From Eledone cirrhosa (lineage: Eukaryota): a DNA stretch of 64,000 bases. Numbering within the stretch: position 1 is the first letter of the stretch; every line of letters starts with the position of its first letter. The translations under genes were made by a program, and so were the position numbers. The stretch covers positions 328,724,001 to 328,788,000 of the forward strand of contig OZ024741.1 in assembly GCA_964016885.1 (NCBI GenBank), read 5' to 3'. The notes under the pieces were generated by a model, which was not told where the DNA came from, ran no database searches, and was given only the letters and a program-made list of their open reading frames with translations. This document shows, piece by piece, positions 14,300-27,289 of the stretch.

Positions 14300-14644
14300 C
14301 AGAAATAACAACACGATCAGTAAAGTATATGGAAGGGATATATTAGGTTAACGCTTGTTATAGCAGGAAGAGGGTCTTAACGTTTCGGACGCTAGTGCTT
14401 CATCAGAAGAACGAATGAGAAATAAGACAGGTTGAAGGGACGGGCGATATGGAATTAGAAAACATGTCTTTAGATAAAAATAACTGGTCCATTCATGTTG
14501 ACATCTCTTGCAAAACTGTTGGTGCTGGCATTTTTTGTATGATTTATTTTTCAGAAAAGTGGATGAAGGAGCGCGTCTACACGAAATGGAAAAAAAAACG
14601 TTTTGTAAAAAGAGCTACACTTGAGCACGTGCGTAAGCATGTGC

Positions 14645-14731
<87 letters not shown>

Positions 14732-15560
14732 ATTATACGTCCGTACGAAGCTAAGAAGAAATATGTGTGTATATATGTGAGTAAAAGAGTGTGTGTACAT
14801 GTAAGTACGAAGCTATGAGCAAAGGTATGTTAATATAAAGGTGTGTATGTATGTATACAGAGCAGTGAAGGGAAAAGTGGAGTGAGCATATATAGTCGGC
14901 ATGTATTAGTCGTGAGAGAAGCTGCTTATGAGCAAGAGAAAGCGATAGGAATCTAGGGGTGTGATAATGAACAGGGTATCAGAGAAATTGCGGAGGTGAG
15001 CTGAGTCCAAGAAAAGAATAGGACCCAAGGCGGTGAATCAGACTTTCTTCAGTCCTGGGACGCGAGGCATGTGATCCATGATGTAAAAGGACACCCAGGA
15101 CTGAAACATGTAGGGAAGAATGACCAGGAGAACAGAAATAACGGGCAACAGGACTATCCAAACCGAACGTATGTCGCTCAAATGTTCGGCAAAACGGTCT
15201 GCCATACGGCGTCCCGTTTGTCCGATAAATAAAGACACGCAAAGGGAACACCGGAAGGTCTACACAATGTGGGTGGATGTGCAGGTGAAGGAATGGCGGA
15301 TACAGAAAGACCCGTTAGGGGCTGTAAGTTTGGAGAGGGTGGAAATAAAGGGACAAGTGTTGCAGCGGGTACAGGAACAAGGATGAGAGCCGGGTGGAGT
15401 CGTGGGAGAGGACGTAAAGGAACTGCTAACCAGGAGGTCGCGGGTGTTGCGGGCGGGCTTGAAAGCAGTAATGGATGGGTTTGGAAAAAAAGCGAGAAGT
15501 GGCGTGGTCAGAAGAGAGGATACGGAAAGAACAGAGGATATGTCGGAGTCGTTGTGTGAT
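14300..15560 (-). mobile_element. Degenerate Penelope-like element 3' part (Neptune-like GIY-YIG region) with a downstream hammerhead remnant
   Basis: HPCSCTRCNTCPFI...FTCTSTHIV* then FIGQTGRRMADRFAEHLSDIR; minus-strand tctt-CTGATGA...GAAACGTT-aaga at 14375-14410. Confidence 0.7.
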
Positions 15561-15607
15561 GCAGTGATACACACACACACACATATATATATGTATGTAT
15601 GTATGTA

Positions 15608-16356
15608 TGTATAAATATCTCGTATCTCCAAAGAAATACGGTTTTAGGAAGCCGTAGCTATGCAAACACTGGGGGAGGAGGGCTAACGCCCCCAGGTGAT
15701 GTCCAGCAGAAGCGAGAGGGACAACCGTCTATGCATTTCAGGCTTAACTGGCCTTTGTCAGGACGGTCCCTCCCACCGCTTGCAACTGCTGGACTAGAAG
15801 ACAGGCGAGAATATATACTTTTCTCGTCTGTGTAAATGAGGTGATTAATCTCATTTGCATATGAAGCTGCATAAGCTGGCTCAACTTATAATAGAAAAGA
15901 AATAGGATTTCGCTTCAAGCATAGCTTTACACAATATGTATAAATAGTTCGTATCTCCAAAGAAATAGGGTTTAAGGAAGCAGTAGCTATGCAAACTCCG
16001 GGGGGCTAACGCCCTCTGGTGATATCCGGCAGAAGCAAGGGGGACAACCGTCTATGCATTTCAGACTTAACTGGCCTCATTTAATCACATCATTTACACA
16101 GACGAGAAAGCTATATATTCTCGTCTGTCTTCTAGTCTAGCAGTCGTAAGCGGTGGGAGGGACCGTCCTGACGAAGGCCAGTTAAGCCTGAAATGCATAG
16201 ACGGTTGTGCCCTTTGCTTCTGCTAGACATCACCAGAGGCGTTACCCCCCCCCCCCCCCACACACACACACACACACGTTGTTTGCATAGCTACAGCTTC
16301 CTAAACCGTATTTCTTTGGAGATACTAAATATTTATACATATTGTATAAAGCTATG

Positions 16357-16358
<2 letters not shown>
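15608..16358. mobile_element. Non-coding ~325-nt unit in partial tandem (-) plus inverted copy (+) with a hammerhead; retrozyme-like or pLTR-only PLE derivative
   Basis: gtatctccaaagaaata at 15622 and 15951; 16080-16358 is the reverse complement of the unit; flanked by microsatellites. Confidence 0.8.
16162..16205 (+). ncRNA. Minimal Type I hammerhead ribozyme, canonical core
   Basis: accgtc-CTGACGA-aggc-cagttaa-gcct-GAAA-tgca-TA-gacggt; perfect stems I and II, palindromic stem III (ATGCAT), AUA cleavage triplet 16197-16199. Confidence 0.9.
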
Positions 16359-16390
<32 letters not shown>

Positions 16391-16411
16391 ATTATTATTA
16401 TTATTATTACT

Positions 16412-16597
16412 AAGGGATGTGGATTGGCAGTATCAGTAGAGGGTCGGACGCCATGCTTTCCAGCATAGTTACGTCCCTTTAAGATCTGAGTTCAAATCCC
16501 GCCGAGGTTGACTTTGCCTTTCATCCTTACGGGGTCGATAAAATAAAGTACCAGTAATGCACTGGGTATTGCTGGCCTTGTGCCTAAAGTAGAGACA
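16412..16597 (+). mobile_element. tRNA-derived SINE (family A), best preserved copy
   Basis: A-box-like tggcagtatcag, B-box gagttcaaatcc (~16488), core gactttgcctttcatccttacggggtcgataaaataaagtaccag; (TAT)n on both sides. Confidence 0.8.
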
Positions 16598-16622
16598 ATT
16601 ATTATTATTATTATTATTATTT

Positions 16623-17399
16623 TTATTTTCTTTCATTATTGTTTCTGAGATATATGCCGAGTGTCTTCCTGACACCTAGGGCAAATAAATTCACAGTGTG
16701 CATTGGTAATCCAGTTAATACAGCACATTGATTATAATTAAAACAGTATACATATATACACATGTGCATATGAATATGTAAAATACAAGGAGGGATATCA
16801 ATTTTACAGAGATAGTGCTCTTCTCAATAAGTTTGCAGTACCAGTCAAAACAATTTATTGCACCTCGTGCAGAGAGGTTAATCCAGGAATCATTCGCAAA
16901 TATTGTTCTGTTCCTTTCTTGATCATTCCCAGTCCTCCCACAATCACTGGTATTGTAACGGCCTTGAGGTGCCACATTATCTCAATTTCAATAAGCAGAT
17001 CTTTATATTTTCGTAGCTTGTCAAATTCTTTTGCCGCGATATTGTAATCACCTGGGATGCTCATATCTATCAACAAATAGACCTTGTTATATTGATTATT
17101 TATAATGATGTCAGGTCTATATGCTTTTATGGTCCTGTCAGTATGTACAGGAAAGTCCCAGACTATTGTTACTTTTTCTCCTTCAGTTACAGCCTCAAGG
17201 TGATGATTGTACCACTTGTCTTCAGCTTTGATTTTGTAATGCCGACATATTACCCAGTGTAGATATTGGCCAAATCTGTCATGTCTATATTTGTGTTGGT
17301 GCTAAAACTTTACATCCAGAGACTAAGTGATCCACTGTTTCAACCCCAGCATTGCAGGATCGGCACTTTGGGTTCATTCTGTTTCTCATTCACTTGGCC
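16623..17399 (-). mobile_element. 5'-truncated Dong/R4-like LINE (restriction-like endonuclease region plus 3' UTR)
   Basis: RPDII...LIDMSIPGDYNIAAKEFDKLRKYKDLLIEIEIMWHLKAVTIPVIVGGLG; (TAT)n on both sides. Confidence 0.8.
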
Positions 17400-17440
<41 letters not shown>

Positions 17441-17654
17441 GGCGACCTACGTAGTAAATCGTATCATCGTGAGCTCCGCAAAGGTTTGTTATTTTCAGTT
17501 GTTTAAAATTGCCATTTTTGGAAAATTTTATTGTTAACTGTATATAAGTGCACATACATTGATTTCTGAAAAGGACACTCTAAAAGATTGGGGCCTTGAG
17601 CCCAAAATTTAAACTTTTTATAATTATCAAAAAAAAAAATGTCTTTGAAAAATC

Positions 17655-19572
17655 ATGGCCGACTCAGGGTCACACCTTCCTCACAAACTAACACCTCACA
17701 CCGACACCACCATTGTAAATATTACTACGTTTGCCAACACTCAAAATATAAGCAGTAGCAATATTTTTAATTTATTTCAGGCAGACATTCGTTTCCCGCC
17801 ATTACCAAGGACTGCAGGTGTTAAAGCCGCCACCCTCACCACCACCACAGCGACAACAGAAACAAAAGAATAAAATAAATTAACACGTGATATCGAAATG
17901 AATTCAACCAAAATGAACTCTTCCACACCGAACACCACTGACGCCACCACCACCACAACTGAAACTAAAATTAACAATAACAAAAATAACGATAACAACA
18001 ACAGCAACAATGAAATTAAGAAAACTACCCTGAGTTTTGCCAGAGTAGCAAAAACGTGCGAAGCGATCCAGGTAACTCAGGAGGAATTAGAAGAAGCCAA
18101 AAGAATGGTAAAGAAAGATGGGTACAGGGTCAGCCTCACCCAACCCCCCAACTCCCACCTAATAAAATGGAGCATCGTCGCCTATGCACCGTGTCTTATC
18201 GGACAATTAACATAACATCGCGCCGAGTGGAACGGGCATCCGAGTCCCAAATCCAAATAGCTTTGGGACATGTGTGGGCAAAAAAACCCCACATCAGACG
18301 TGGGCAGAAATATGGAAACGTGGACGTGTTCTTTGAAACACCACAGGAGGCCAGAGAACACTCCATGGCCCCATTAAGAAGTGACGACTTCACACTCGTC
18401 CCAAGCTGTTGTGGCCAGAGACTTGTGAAGATCAGGGTGACCCACGTTCCACCGGCCATCGAAATTTCCTGGCTAATGGCTGCCGTCCTCGCCGGCATCG
18501 AGGCCAACACCAAGAAAATCGAAATAGCGAAAGAAAAGCAGGAGAACTGGTCCGGATCTGGTATGGAGCTCCTGATCCAAGCGGACCATAAAAGCATTGA
18601 GGAGATCCCAGAGGTAATAGACCTGACTGACGGCTGCCACCTCACCGTATTCGTCGAGGGCAGAAGGCCTAGGTGTGTCGTTTGTGGTGAAGGAACCACC
18701 TAAGGGCTTTCTGCCCTCAGGCTAAAAGGTTGAGGCCACCTCTCTTACCCAGCCCAGTGACTCAACCATCAACACCACCAGCAGCAGAGATGGCAGCAAC
18801 AACTGTAGCAGCAACAACTGTATCAGCAACAACAGAAGCAAGTGTAACAGCAACAACCGCAGCAACAGTAGCAAAACCAACACCACCACCACCACACAAC
18901 GCGCCAGAACTAGCATCAGCGCCTACACCATCCACCACGCCACAACCAAAACCAACGCCTGTGGAGGATTTTCCACTCCCAGGCTTATCGTAACTGGAGA
19001 CAGATTGGGATGACGAGGAGTGGGAAACGGTATCAGGAAAAAAGAAAAAAAGAAACCAAAAAAGAAAAAATTCTCTTCCTTCCCCCTCAAAAAACAAAAT
19101 ACGGAGGGAAACAAATAAATTATCAAACAAAAATGTTACGACAGATATGCCACCATCCACACCAGCATCACCAACCCCATCACCACAAACACCAACACCA
19201 TCACCATCATTAACCCCAACACCACCATCACCAACACCACAAAAGTCACCAAAAAGTCTAACAGAAACAAACCCACAATAAACGCAAACAAAACAAAACA
19301 ACTAAAACGATACACACTACACAGCATTAAATTTGAACAACAAATTATTACACTACATGCAACACAACATCAGCATCACAGAAAAAGACTACACAACAAC
19401 CCAAAAGTTCACACCACCGCCACACATAAAAATCACTCGCATCACACAGAAAACGTACACGACACTAAAATAAAAATTCCTCAAAGACATCGGAGACTTC
19501 CGACAAACACTCTCCAGGAGGATTTATAAGGACATGCTTCCGGAGGAGGCCACAAGCAGTGAAAAGGATTGA
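17655..19572 (+). pseudogene. LINE ORF1 (gag-like; CCHC knuckle; Pro/Thr-rich tail), disrupted
   Basis: SFARVAK; VEGRRPRCVVCGEG/NHLRAFCP knuckle across a frameshift at ~18695; low-complexity tail shared with 59503-60327. Confidence 0.7.
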
Positions 19573-19639
19573 GAAACCATCCTTCCTCTACGAGAAGTAA
19601 GGAAAGTGGTCTTTCTCATCTTTTACACTCCATTTCAAC

Positions 19640-22600
19640 CTGACCTCACTCAGAATAGGCAGCATAAATGCGCGTGGCTTGGGGTCGTCATGGAAGCAGG
19701 GCCACCTGCTCAACGACCTCAGGTCACTAAACATAGATGTAGTGGCCATCAGCGAGACCAGAATGTCCGAAGCACGGGCCTTCGCACCGATCTTCGGCGG
19801 CTACGATGTGTACGCATCTCCCAGCCGTCCGGGATCGGGGGGAGGAGTTGCTGTGCTTTTTCGGAGAGGTTTGGATCTCGCCATACGAGCCATCTTCCTG
19901 GACCCAGAAGATAAGTTTGTGGTGCTAGACGTGACCAGCGGAGACGTGCAAGCTTTTAGGCTAGTGGCGCTCTATGACCCGACAGGAGCAGGGCGGCCTG
20001 ATTTCTTCCGGCGTCTGGAGACCTTTCTTGGAACGTCCCGCTCTTTAATGTTTGTGGGCCACTGGAACGGGATCTTAGATGCACGCTGGGACTGTGTGGG
20101 ATTAGCGGATAGGGGAGGAGGATGCAAGAGCCTCACCAACCTGCTCAGGCATTTTGAACTGTCTGAAAGGTACCGATTGGATTTCCCGAATGTGCCAATG
20201 TGGACTTGGACAAATCGCATATGGTCATCTAGATCATATCTAGATAGAGTATTTTGTAGGAAAATAGATAGGTCTAGCATAGGCTGTCCACAATTCAAGA
20301 TAGTCAGCTACACGGACCACAAATTCGTGATGTGTGTGCTTGACTTAGATAGGCTTCATAAACGCGTCCTTACCAGCGCGCAAGGCCTACAGAGACCGGA
20401 TTAGCGAACTAGTTAAGCGAGTGTTGACGGGGTCCATCGTCAACAACAAGTGGTGGTTTGCTCTGAAAAGAGCAATTTGAATAGAGTCCATTAGGTTTAC
20501 TAAGGCTTTAGCAATAGAGAAAAATAGAGCAGAGGGAGAATTAGTTAGAAAATTAGACAAGGCGCTTAGCAAAGGCATTGCGACCGACGTACTTGCGTCG
20601 AAATTGGCCCTTGACCAATTCTTCAATGCAAAGTACGAAGGCTGCGTTGTCAGAGCTAGGGTGCGTATTCTCAGACACGAGGGGACGAAAGCCGTTCAAT
20701 GGGCCCGAGTGGCAGAGGCGCGTCGTGGCAACAAAGCCACGATCCGGTCTTTGGTGGACCACGACAGGCGCATGCTACTCGATCCCGGGCAAACGTGAAG
20801 CTTTTCAGCGACATTTCGTTCAGCTGCTCGGCGGTAGCGGCGGGCCGGATCGTGGGATGGACTTTAGTGTCTATGTCGACGGACTGCCGCTGAAGTACGG
20901 GAGGCAATGACTGGCTGCCAAGGGATAAATCGCCTGGTTTGGATGGTCTGCCCTATGAACTTTACGTACAGATGCCAGACTTGGTCGGAGGCCTCTTGGC
21001 GGACGTCTACTGCAACTGGCAACAGAACGGGAGAATTCCCAGCTCTGTGAGCCGAGGAGCTGTGGCACTGCTGAGAAAGGATCCGAACAAGGGGGATAAC
21101 ATAGATAATTTTAGGCCCATAACTCTGCTGAACACAGATTTCAAGATTTTGGCCAAGGTGCTAGCAAAGAGGTTGGCGCTTGTCGTTTGTGTCTGGTGGG
21201 AGAGGCGCAGACATGCGCCATTCTCGACAGATCCATCCACGACAATCTCCACCTCATGCGATACATCGTAGAGAGGGTAGCTAGGGAATCTGGCACTGGT
21301 GGGTTCTTGATCAATTTAGATCAGTCGAAATCTTTCGATAGGGTCAACCATCGTTACCTAACGGCAGTCCTGAGGGCGGCTGGCTTTGGGCCCATCTTCA
21401 GAGGCTGGATCGCTGCCATGCACAGCGACATCTGCTCTGTGGTGAGAGTGAACGGTCACCTGTCGGAACCGTTCAACATCATGCGCTCGGTCCGCCAAGG
21501 ATGTCCCCTCTCGTCCCTCTTGTACGTATTGACTCTCGAGCTATTACTGCACAAACTGGAGACGTTGAGGGGGGTCCCGCGCGAACTAGGATGCGGAAGA
21601 TCCGTGTCAGCATATGCGGACGATGTCACTGTAGTGGTGTCAAAGGCCAAACACATCGAGGCGATCGGCACTACACTATGGGAATACCAAGCGGTGACAG
21701 GAGCAATGATCAACCAGGAAACGTCAGTGAGCCTGCAGCTCGGCACCTCCGTCCAACAGCATCATCAGGCGCTGGACGGACGGACCGGTTAAATTGCTAG
21801 GGGTCTGGTTCGGTTCGGACCTCCAGACGGACAAAAACTGGGACGAGGTGACGAGCAGGGTGGCTTCTCTCACCCAGAAATGGGCCGAGAGGAAGTTATC
21901 CCTGAAAGGTCGAGCGGAGGTGGCTAACTAGTATATCGCGTCCGTCATCTACTACCGCCTGACCGTCGTACCTTGTTTGTTCTTTCGCTTTTTGTGGAAG
22001 GAACGCGCTCCGATGGTCAGGTGGTTCATCTGCTGCCAACACCCGCTACGTCGAGGGCTGGGAATGCCGTGGCTGATGATGCGCAGACACGCGCTCAGGC
22101 TACCACATCTCCACCTCTTCCGCGACGGTGATCAGGTGTGGTCTCCGTTTGCTAGACACGTCTTTCCCCAGCTCGTCTCCTTGACGGAGCTGCAGTCCTG
22201 GGTCAAGCGAAGACGAGGGGGAGCGCTTGGAGACTGGTATGTCTTCAGGCGCTCACAGCCCTCGACCGATCGGGCAATGTGATCGATGGAAACTCCGACT
22301 TGGCGTTCTATAGAGGATTAGTGGAGGGGAAGAGCGACGACGTACTTGGGGAAACTCTAGGCGTCGACGAAAATCAACTAGCCAATCTCTTCGGAAGAAC
22401 TTTCGGGCCGGGGCCTATGGACAACTTCCAGAAATTACTGGCCTGGCAATGCTATCGAGTAGCTTTGCCAGTTCGGGATAAACTCTACAGGCATGGAGGT
22501 GCCGTCAGCCGGGCATGTCCGAGATGCGCGCAGGGCGACTAAACCGTCCTGCACGCACTCGTCCAGTGTCCGAGCATTGCTGACTTGTGGGTTTATGTCG

Positions 22601-22917
22601 AACACCAGCTGTCGCGTGTGGGACGGATCCAGCTATCAGCTGAGTCCATCGTGAGGATTGCCCCGCCCTCTTCCTTTAGCCGGGAAGGGCAGGCAGTTTT
22701 TATCTGTCTGGTGGCCATGGCGAAAGAGATAGTATGGTGGACACGTTTGAAAGGGCTGAAGACGAGCACTTACCTCTTCGGTGATGCCCTGATTAACTTT
22801 TTCAAATTTCATTTGAAAAGGAAAATCAGGGTAGAAAGGGAAGTGCTCTCTTCCCAGAATGTTGTTGAAAGATGGGTGAGAGAATGGGCCTACTCTGAGT
22901 ATGTGTCTGTAAATTAA
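19640..22917 (+). pseudogene. LINE ORF2 (APE endonuclease, reverse transcriptase, CCHC), frameshifted
   Basis: INARGL, ISET, SYLDR, YTDH (APE); PGLDGLP, FRPITLLNTDFKILAK, QGCPLS, YADD (RT); CPRC..H..C. Confidence 0.9.
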
Positions 22918-23161
22918 AGGTGGAAAACTGGGAGAGGGCACTTGCCCTGGTTGTGAGGGTCACTGTGGCTTTTTAATGGGCTTGCTCCACGAATGTCGCT
23001 CGGAACTCTCCCCCCTATTGGGGAATATTTTCATTGTTCTATTATTACATCCTCTGTTTCTTGTTTTTTACACGCAGAAATGCCCATTTGTACCATCCTG
23101 TATTGTCCTGTACTGTCCTTAATGTCTACTTTATGTAAACCCTTGTGGTTAATAAAGAAAG

Positions 23162-23193
<32 letters not shown>

Positions 23194-23195
<2 letters not shown>

Positions 23196-26100
23196 GTTGC
23201 ATTTATCTTCCTTTATGTTCATACGAGTTATCACCAAGTCATAACCAGTGACCTCAAGAGACAACAATGTCCGCCATGTTCAAGAAAGAACATACATACA
23301 CACATGCATCTTTAGTGTTTAGACTTGTGATGTACTTATATTGACAGAATCTTCCTTAGTATATGGCAAGTTCCTATTAGTACTATCTTTTGTATTTCTC
23401 CTATACGCGGGTTTCCTGGGATTTGCGATAAGTAATCATTAGACCCCTTAGGTATCATTCCTAGAGCGCCTACAACCACTGGTGTTGTTTTAGTTCTCAA
23501 CTTCCACATTTTTCCAATTTCTATCTCCAGGTCCTTATACTTGCTCAATTTTTCAAATGTTTATATAAATACATTCTTGTCTATTGGAACAGACATATCA
23601 ATTAGCAGGCATACGCTCTTTTTAAAGACCTTCAGTATTATATCAGATCTTTTTACAGCTATATTTCGGTCTGTTTGGATGCTAAAGTTCCACAAGATTG
23701 AGATGTGATCTTTTTCAAGTATGGAAGATGGTTGATTCTCCCACCAATTCTTTTGTTGGGGCATGTCAAAATGCTTACAGATTATCCAATGTATGTATTG
23801 TGCAGCTCTGTCATGCCTGTTTAGGTATTCGGTTGGAGCTATAGGACTGCACATTGAAATTATATGATCAATGGTCTCTGGTTGTTGTTTACATACACGG
23901 CATAATGGGTTGCATCCATTTTTTATTATGTTTTTTGTTGGCAGACAGTGATCTTCTGCTGATATAATCAGTCCTTCAGTCTCCGATTTCAGTCCAGAGG
24001 ATGCCAACCACTGATGGGTTAAAGTTTTGTCAACATCAGGATTGTTAGCTCGCTCTGGGTATTTTCCATACAGAGGCTTTTCTTGCCATTTCTTAGCCAG
24101 TTTCTGTAGCAGTTCTTTCTTTGCATTTACTTTTACCTGCTTTGCTTTTTCTGTGTTTTCCATTTCAGCAGTAAATGGGACTTCTGAAATGTGTAGTCCA
24201 TTACTGTATCTTTGTGTATCTTTTGTAATGGAGTATGATCTTTTGATGCTTTCGTGTTTCAAAACGAGTTTGATCATCCAATCATGTGATTCCCTTAGAT
24301 ATGTAGATAATCCAATTGTTGCAGTTTTCAACGCAATCTCTCACTGGATTAACCCACGTCCTCCTTCTTTCCTAGGGAGATATATTCTATCTGTATCTGC
24401 CTTAGGGTGATGCATTCTGTGCATGTTTAAGACTTTTCTGATTTTTGTATCGAGCCTACGGATCTTTGTGCTTGACCAGTTGATGACATTGTAACTGTAG
24501 GTTACAACTGGTATGGCAAGCGTGTTTATGGCATCGATCCTATTCCTTGCATTCAATTCCGTTCTTAAGATTGCTTTTACTCTGCGGTAACATCCCTTCC
24601 TTATCCTTTACCCCATTGTCGAGTGCTTGATTCCGTCTCCTTCACAAACACCTAGATATTTGTAAGTTTCCTCTTGATCAAGTTCTCTTATCACATTCCC
24701 CCGATCAAGATTAATGTCTGAACTTTTCAGCTGCTTTCTTCTGGTGAACGTTGCTTTGGAGGATTTATCTAGTCCAAAGTCCATTTCAATGTCATCACTG
24801 AACTGCTCGACGGTGGATAATAGCTCTTACAATTGTTCATCATTTTTTGCAAATAGTTTCAGGTCATCCATGTAGAACAAGTGATTAATGGTTTAGTCAT
24901 AGACTTTATATCCATGTTTTGTTTCATTAAGCATTGTACTTAATGGTATAAGTGCGATGCAGAATAAAAGCGGTGATAAAGAGTCACCCTGAAAAATTCA
25001 AAAATTAATATTAACTTCTCCAGCTTCCAGTGATTTTTTTCACTATTCAAAAGGAGTGTCGTTTTCAATGTCTTCATACTGAATGTCAGGAACCTCCTGA
25101 CAACGGGAGATATTTTGAAAATCTCTAAACATTTTTCAATCCAACTGTGTGGCAAACTATCGAATGTTTTTTTATAATCTATCCAAGCAATTGATAGATT
25201 TTTGTGTCTATTATGACAATCTTCCAGTATCATTTTGTTAACCAAAAGCTGATCCTTACAGCCATGAGCCTCGTTTACACACTTTCTGCTCAATGGGAAA
25301 TAGATCATTTGTTATCAGGTGGTCATATGTATATTCAGTTAGGAGTGATGTTAAAATTTTATACATTGTGGTCAAGCAAGTTATCGGTCTGTAATTTTGG
25401 GGATTGTTTGTCTCACCATTCTTCGGAAGCAGGAATGTAATGCCGTTAACTAGCCATGATGGTATCTTTTCTGGCTTCTTAACTATTTCATTGTAAAGTT
25501 GGGCTTTCAGCTCATGAGACTCTGTGAAGGCATGTATCCAAAAAATGTTGTATTTTGTCTTTTCCTGGGGATTTCCATTTGCTGGTTTTTCTAAGAGCCA
25601 ACTGTTATATTTTCCCATATTTGTTCCTCAAGATGAGCTGTATCTTTCATTTGTCTGTCTATCCATGGGGCATGTATATTATGAACTTTTTCTTCGGCCC
25701 AGATCTTTTCCCAGAATGCTTGCACTTCCTCCTTGAGTGGTATTTAGCAGTTATTGTTGACTTGCCAATTTTTCTGTAGAAGTTTCTTTGGTTGTTTTTG
25801 AACATATTATTGTCCTTATAGAATCTAGATCGTTTTTCAAAGCGCCTTATACGAGCAGCTTTTGCCGACACTTTTTGCATGATTATTTCTATCAGCATGT
25901 CTATGTCACTTGTTGATTTTATACTGTATTTCCTTTTCAATTTTCTAAGTTTAGTTTGTTTAACATGTTCACCTACTTTGTAGTTTGTTAAAATTTCTAT
26001 GTCAGATCAGAGAAGGTTTATTTGGCGATTGATGTTCTCTTGCCAAGTAGATTTCTTATGGGAATTCTTTTGCTTTATCATTTTCACTCCACATAAGTGA

Positions 26101-27180
26101 GTGGTGACTTTAGCCGATGCATAATAGGGATGATTTAAATCAGTAATGTTTAGTTTGCTTGTGATGATAATCTTTTTGAGAATAATGTTAGTCTTGTGTA
26201 TTATCGTTTGATTCTGTTTGGAGTTCTGGATCTTAGGGAGAGTGTCTCGTCCCCCATGTCAGATTCTTTCATTTTCATCCATTCGATCATAATTTCATCC
26301 TTCAAGTTGGCAAGTTCATTCTCATTCATTTCTTTATCATTTATGATCTCATTGTTTTCATTTTCAGTTTCATCTTGAGCATGCACTTCCTCAACTTTTT
26401 CGATCCTTTCTTTAATTTTTTCTGTTGTCAGTGATTCAGCCCCAACCCGGGAATTCGAAGTGTTACAATTTACCTCGTTTTCACTGACACATGTTTCATT
26501 TTCCCTTCGCTGACTTTGTGCTAATAGCTTGATCTGATCAATTTCTATATCAGTTAGTAACTTTTTTTAACAATATTTATTCGTATATTAGCTAGTTTGT
26601 TACTGTCAATATAGCTCTGTTTTCGGGATGTTTCTTTTTCCAGTTGATATATGTCTGTTCTGTATTCGATCTATTACATGGCAGTGTAGAAAGCATCAAG
26701 GACTTCTTTATTATCTTCCATTGACCATTTTTCTCTCTTTTTATTTGGGTTTCTTGGTGGTGAGCATGGAGGGCCAACAGTAGGAGTATTCCGGTTATGG
26801 GAGGTCTCCACCTCCGAAGTGATGGGAAGGTTTGAACCGTTAGCTGATTTTTCGACCTTTGTCTGGTTCCTCTCTGAGGGACGCGGCCCTTTTTGACCCG
26901 GGCGAAGACCGATCCGGTATGAGATTTTATCATTTGACATTTACTTTATTTTGTCGCGTTTTATCCTTAACCGCGAAGGGGTAATTATTTCGTGTTACCA
27001 CTTCTAGGACGAGAGTCAGCCAAGACTAGAGGGGTCGTCCTCCCCTAGAGACACGGCTATTCCTCGCCGGCCGCCATCCCGGTATTTCTTGGTCACGGGG
27101 TTTCCTTTTGTGTTGTTTTTTTAAATTGTTATTATCATGAGTGGTTCCTTAATGTGAGCATTGCGTGGCTTAAGAATGAA
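23194..27180 (-). mobile_element. Apparently full-length decayed Dong/R4-like LINE (RT, CCHC, restriction-like endonuclease)
   Basis: ORF remnants 26940 to 23336: NYRPITCL, GCKDQLL, WIDYKK.FDS, FQGDSLSP, FYMDDLKL, YKYLG, RKEGGRGL, CRVC..ETIDHII..C, RHD, LIDMSVP, K..KY; (TAT)n at both ends. Confidence 0.9.
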
Positions 27181-27240
<60 letters not shown>

Positions 27241-27289
27241 TTAAGGTTTATTCGTCTCTAAAACTCAAATATCTCAACGTGAAAAATCA

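Larger units (their letters stand above)
17441..23162 (+). mobile_element. Apparently full-length but decayed Tx1/L1-clade LINE (5.7 kb)
   Basis: ORF1 and ORF2 remnants; (TAT)n at 17401-17440 and 23163-23193; 3' end aataaagaaagc. Confidence 0.9.

Noticed and set aside
16412-16500. tRNA gene
   Set aside because: A and B boxes belong to a multi-copy SINE; no cloverleaf
18722-19327. Val/Gly-rich minus-strand ORFs
   Set aside because: Antisense of the Pro/Thr-rich LINE ORF1 tail
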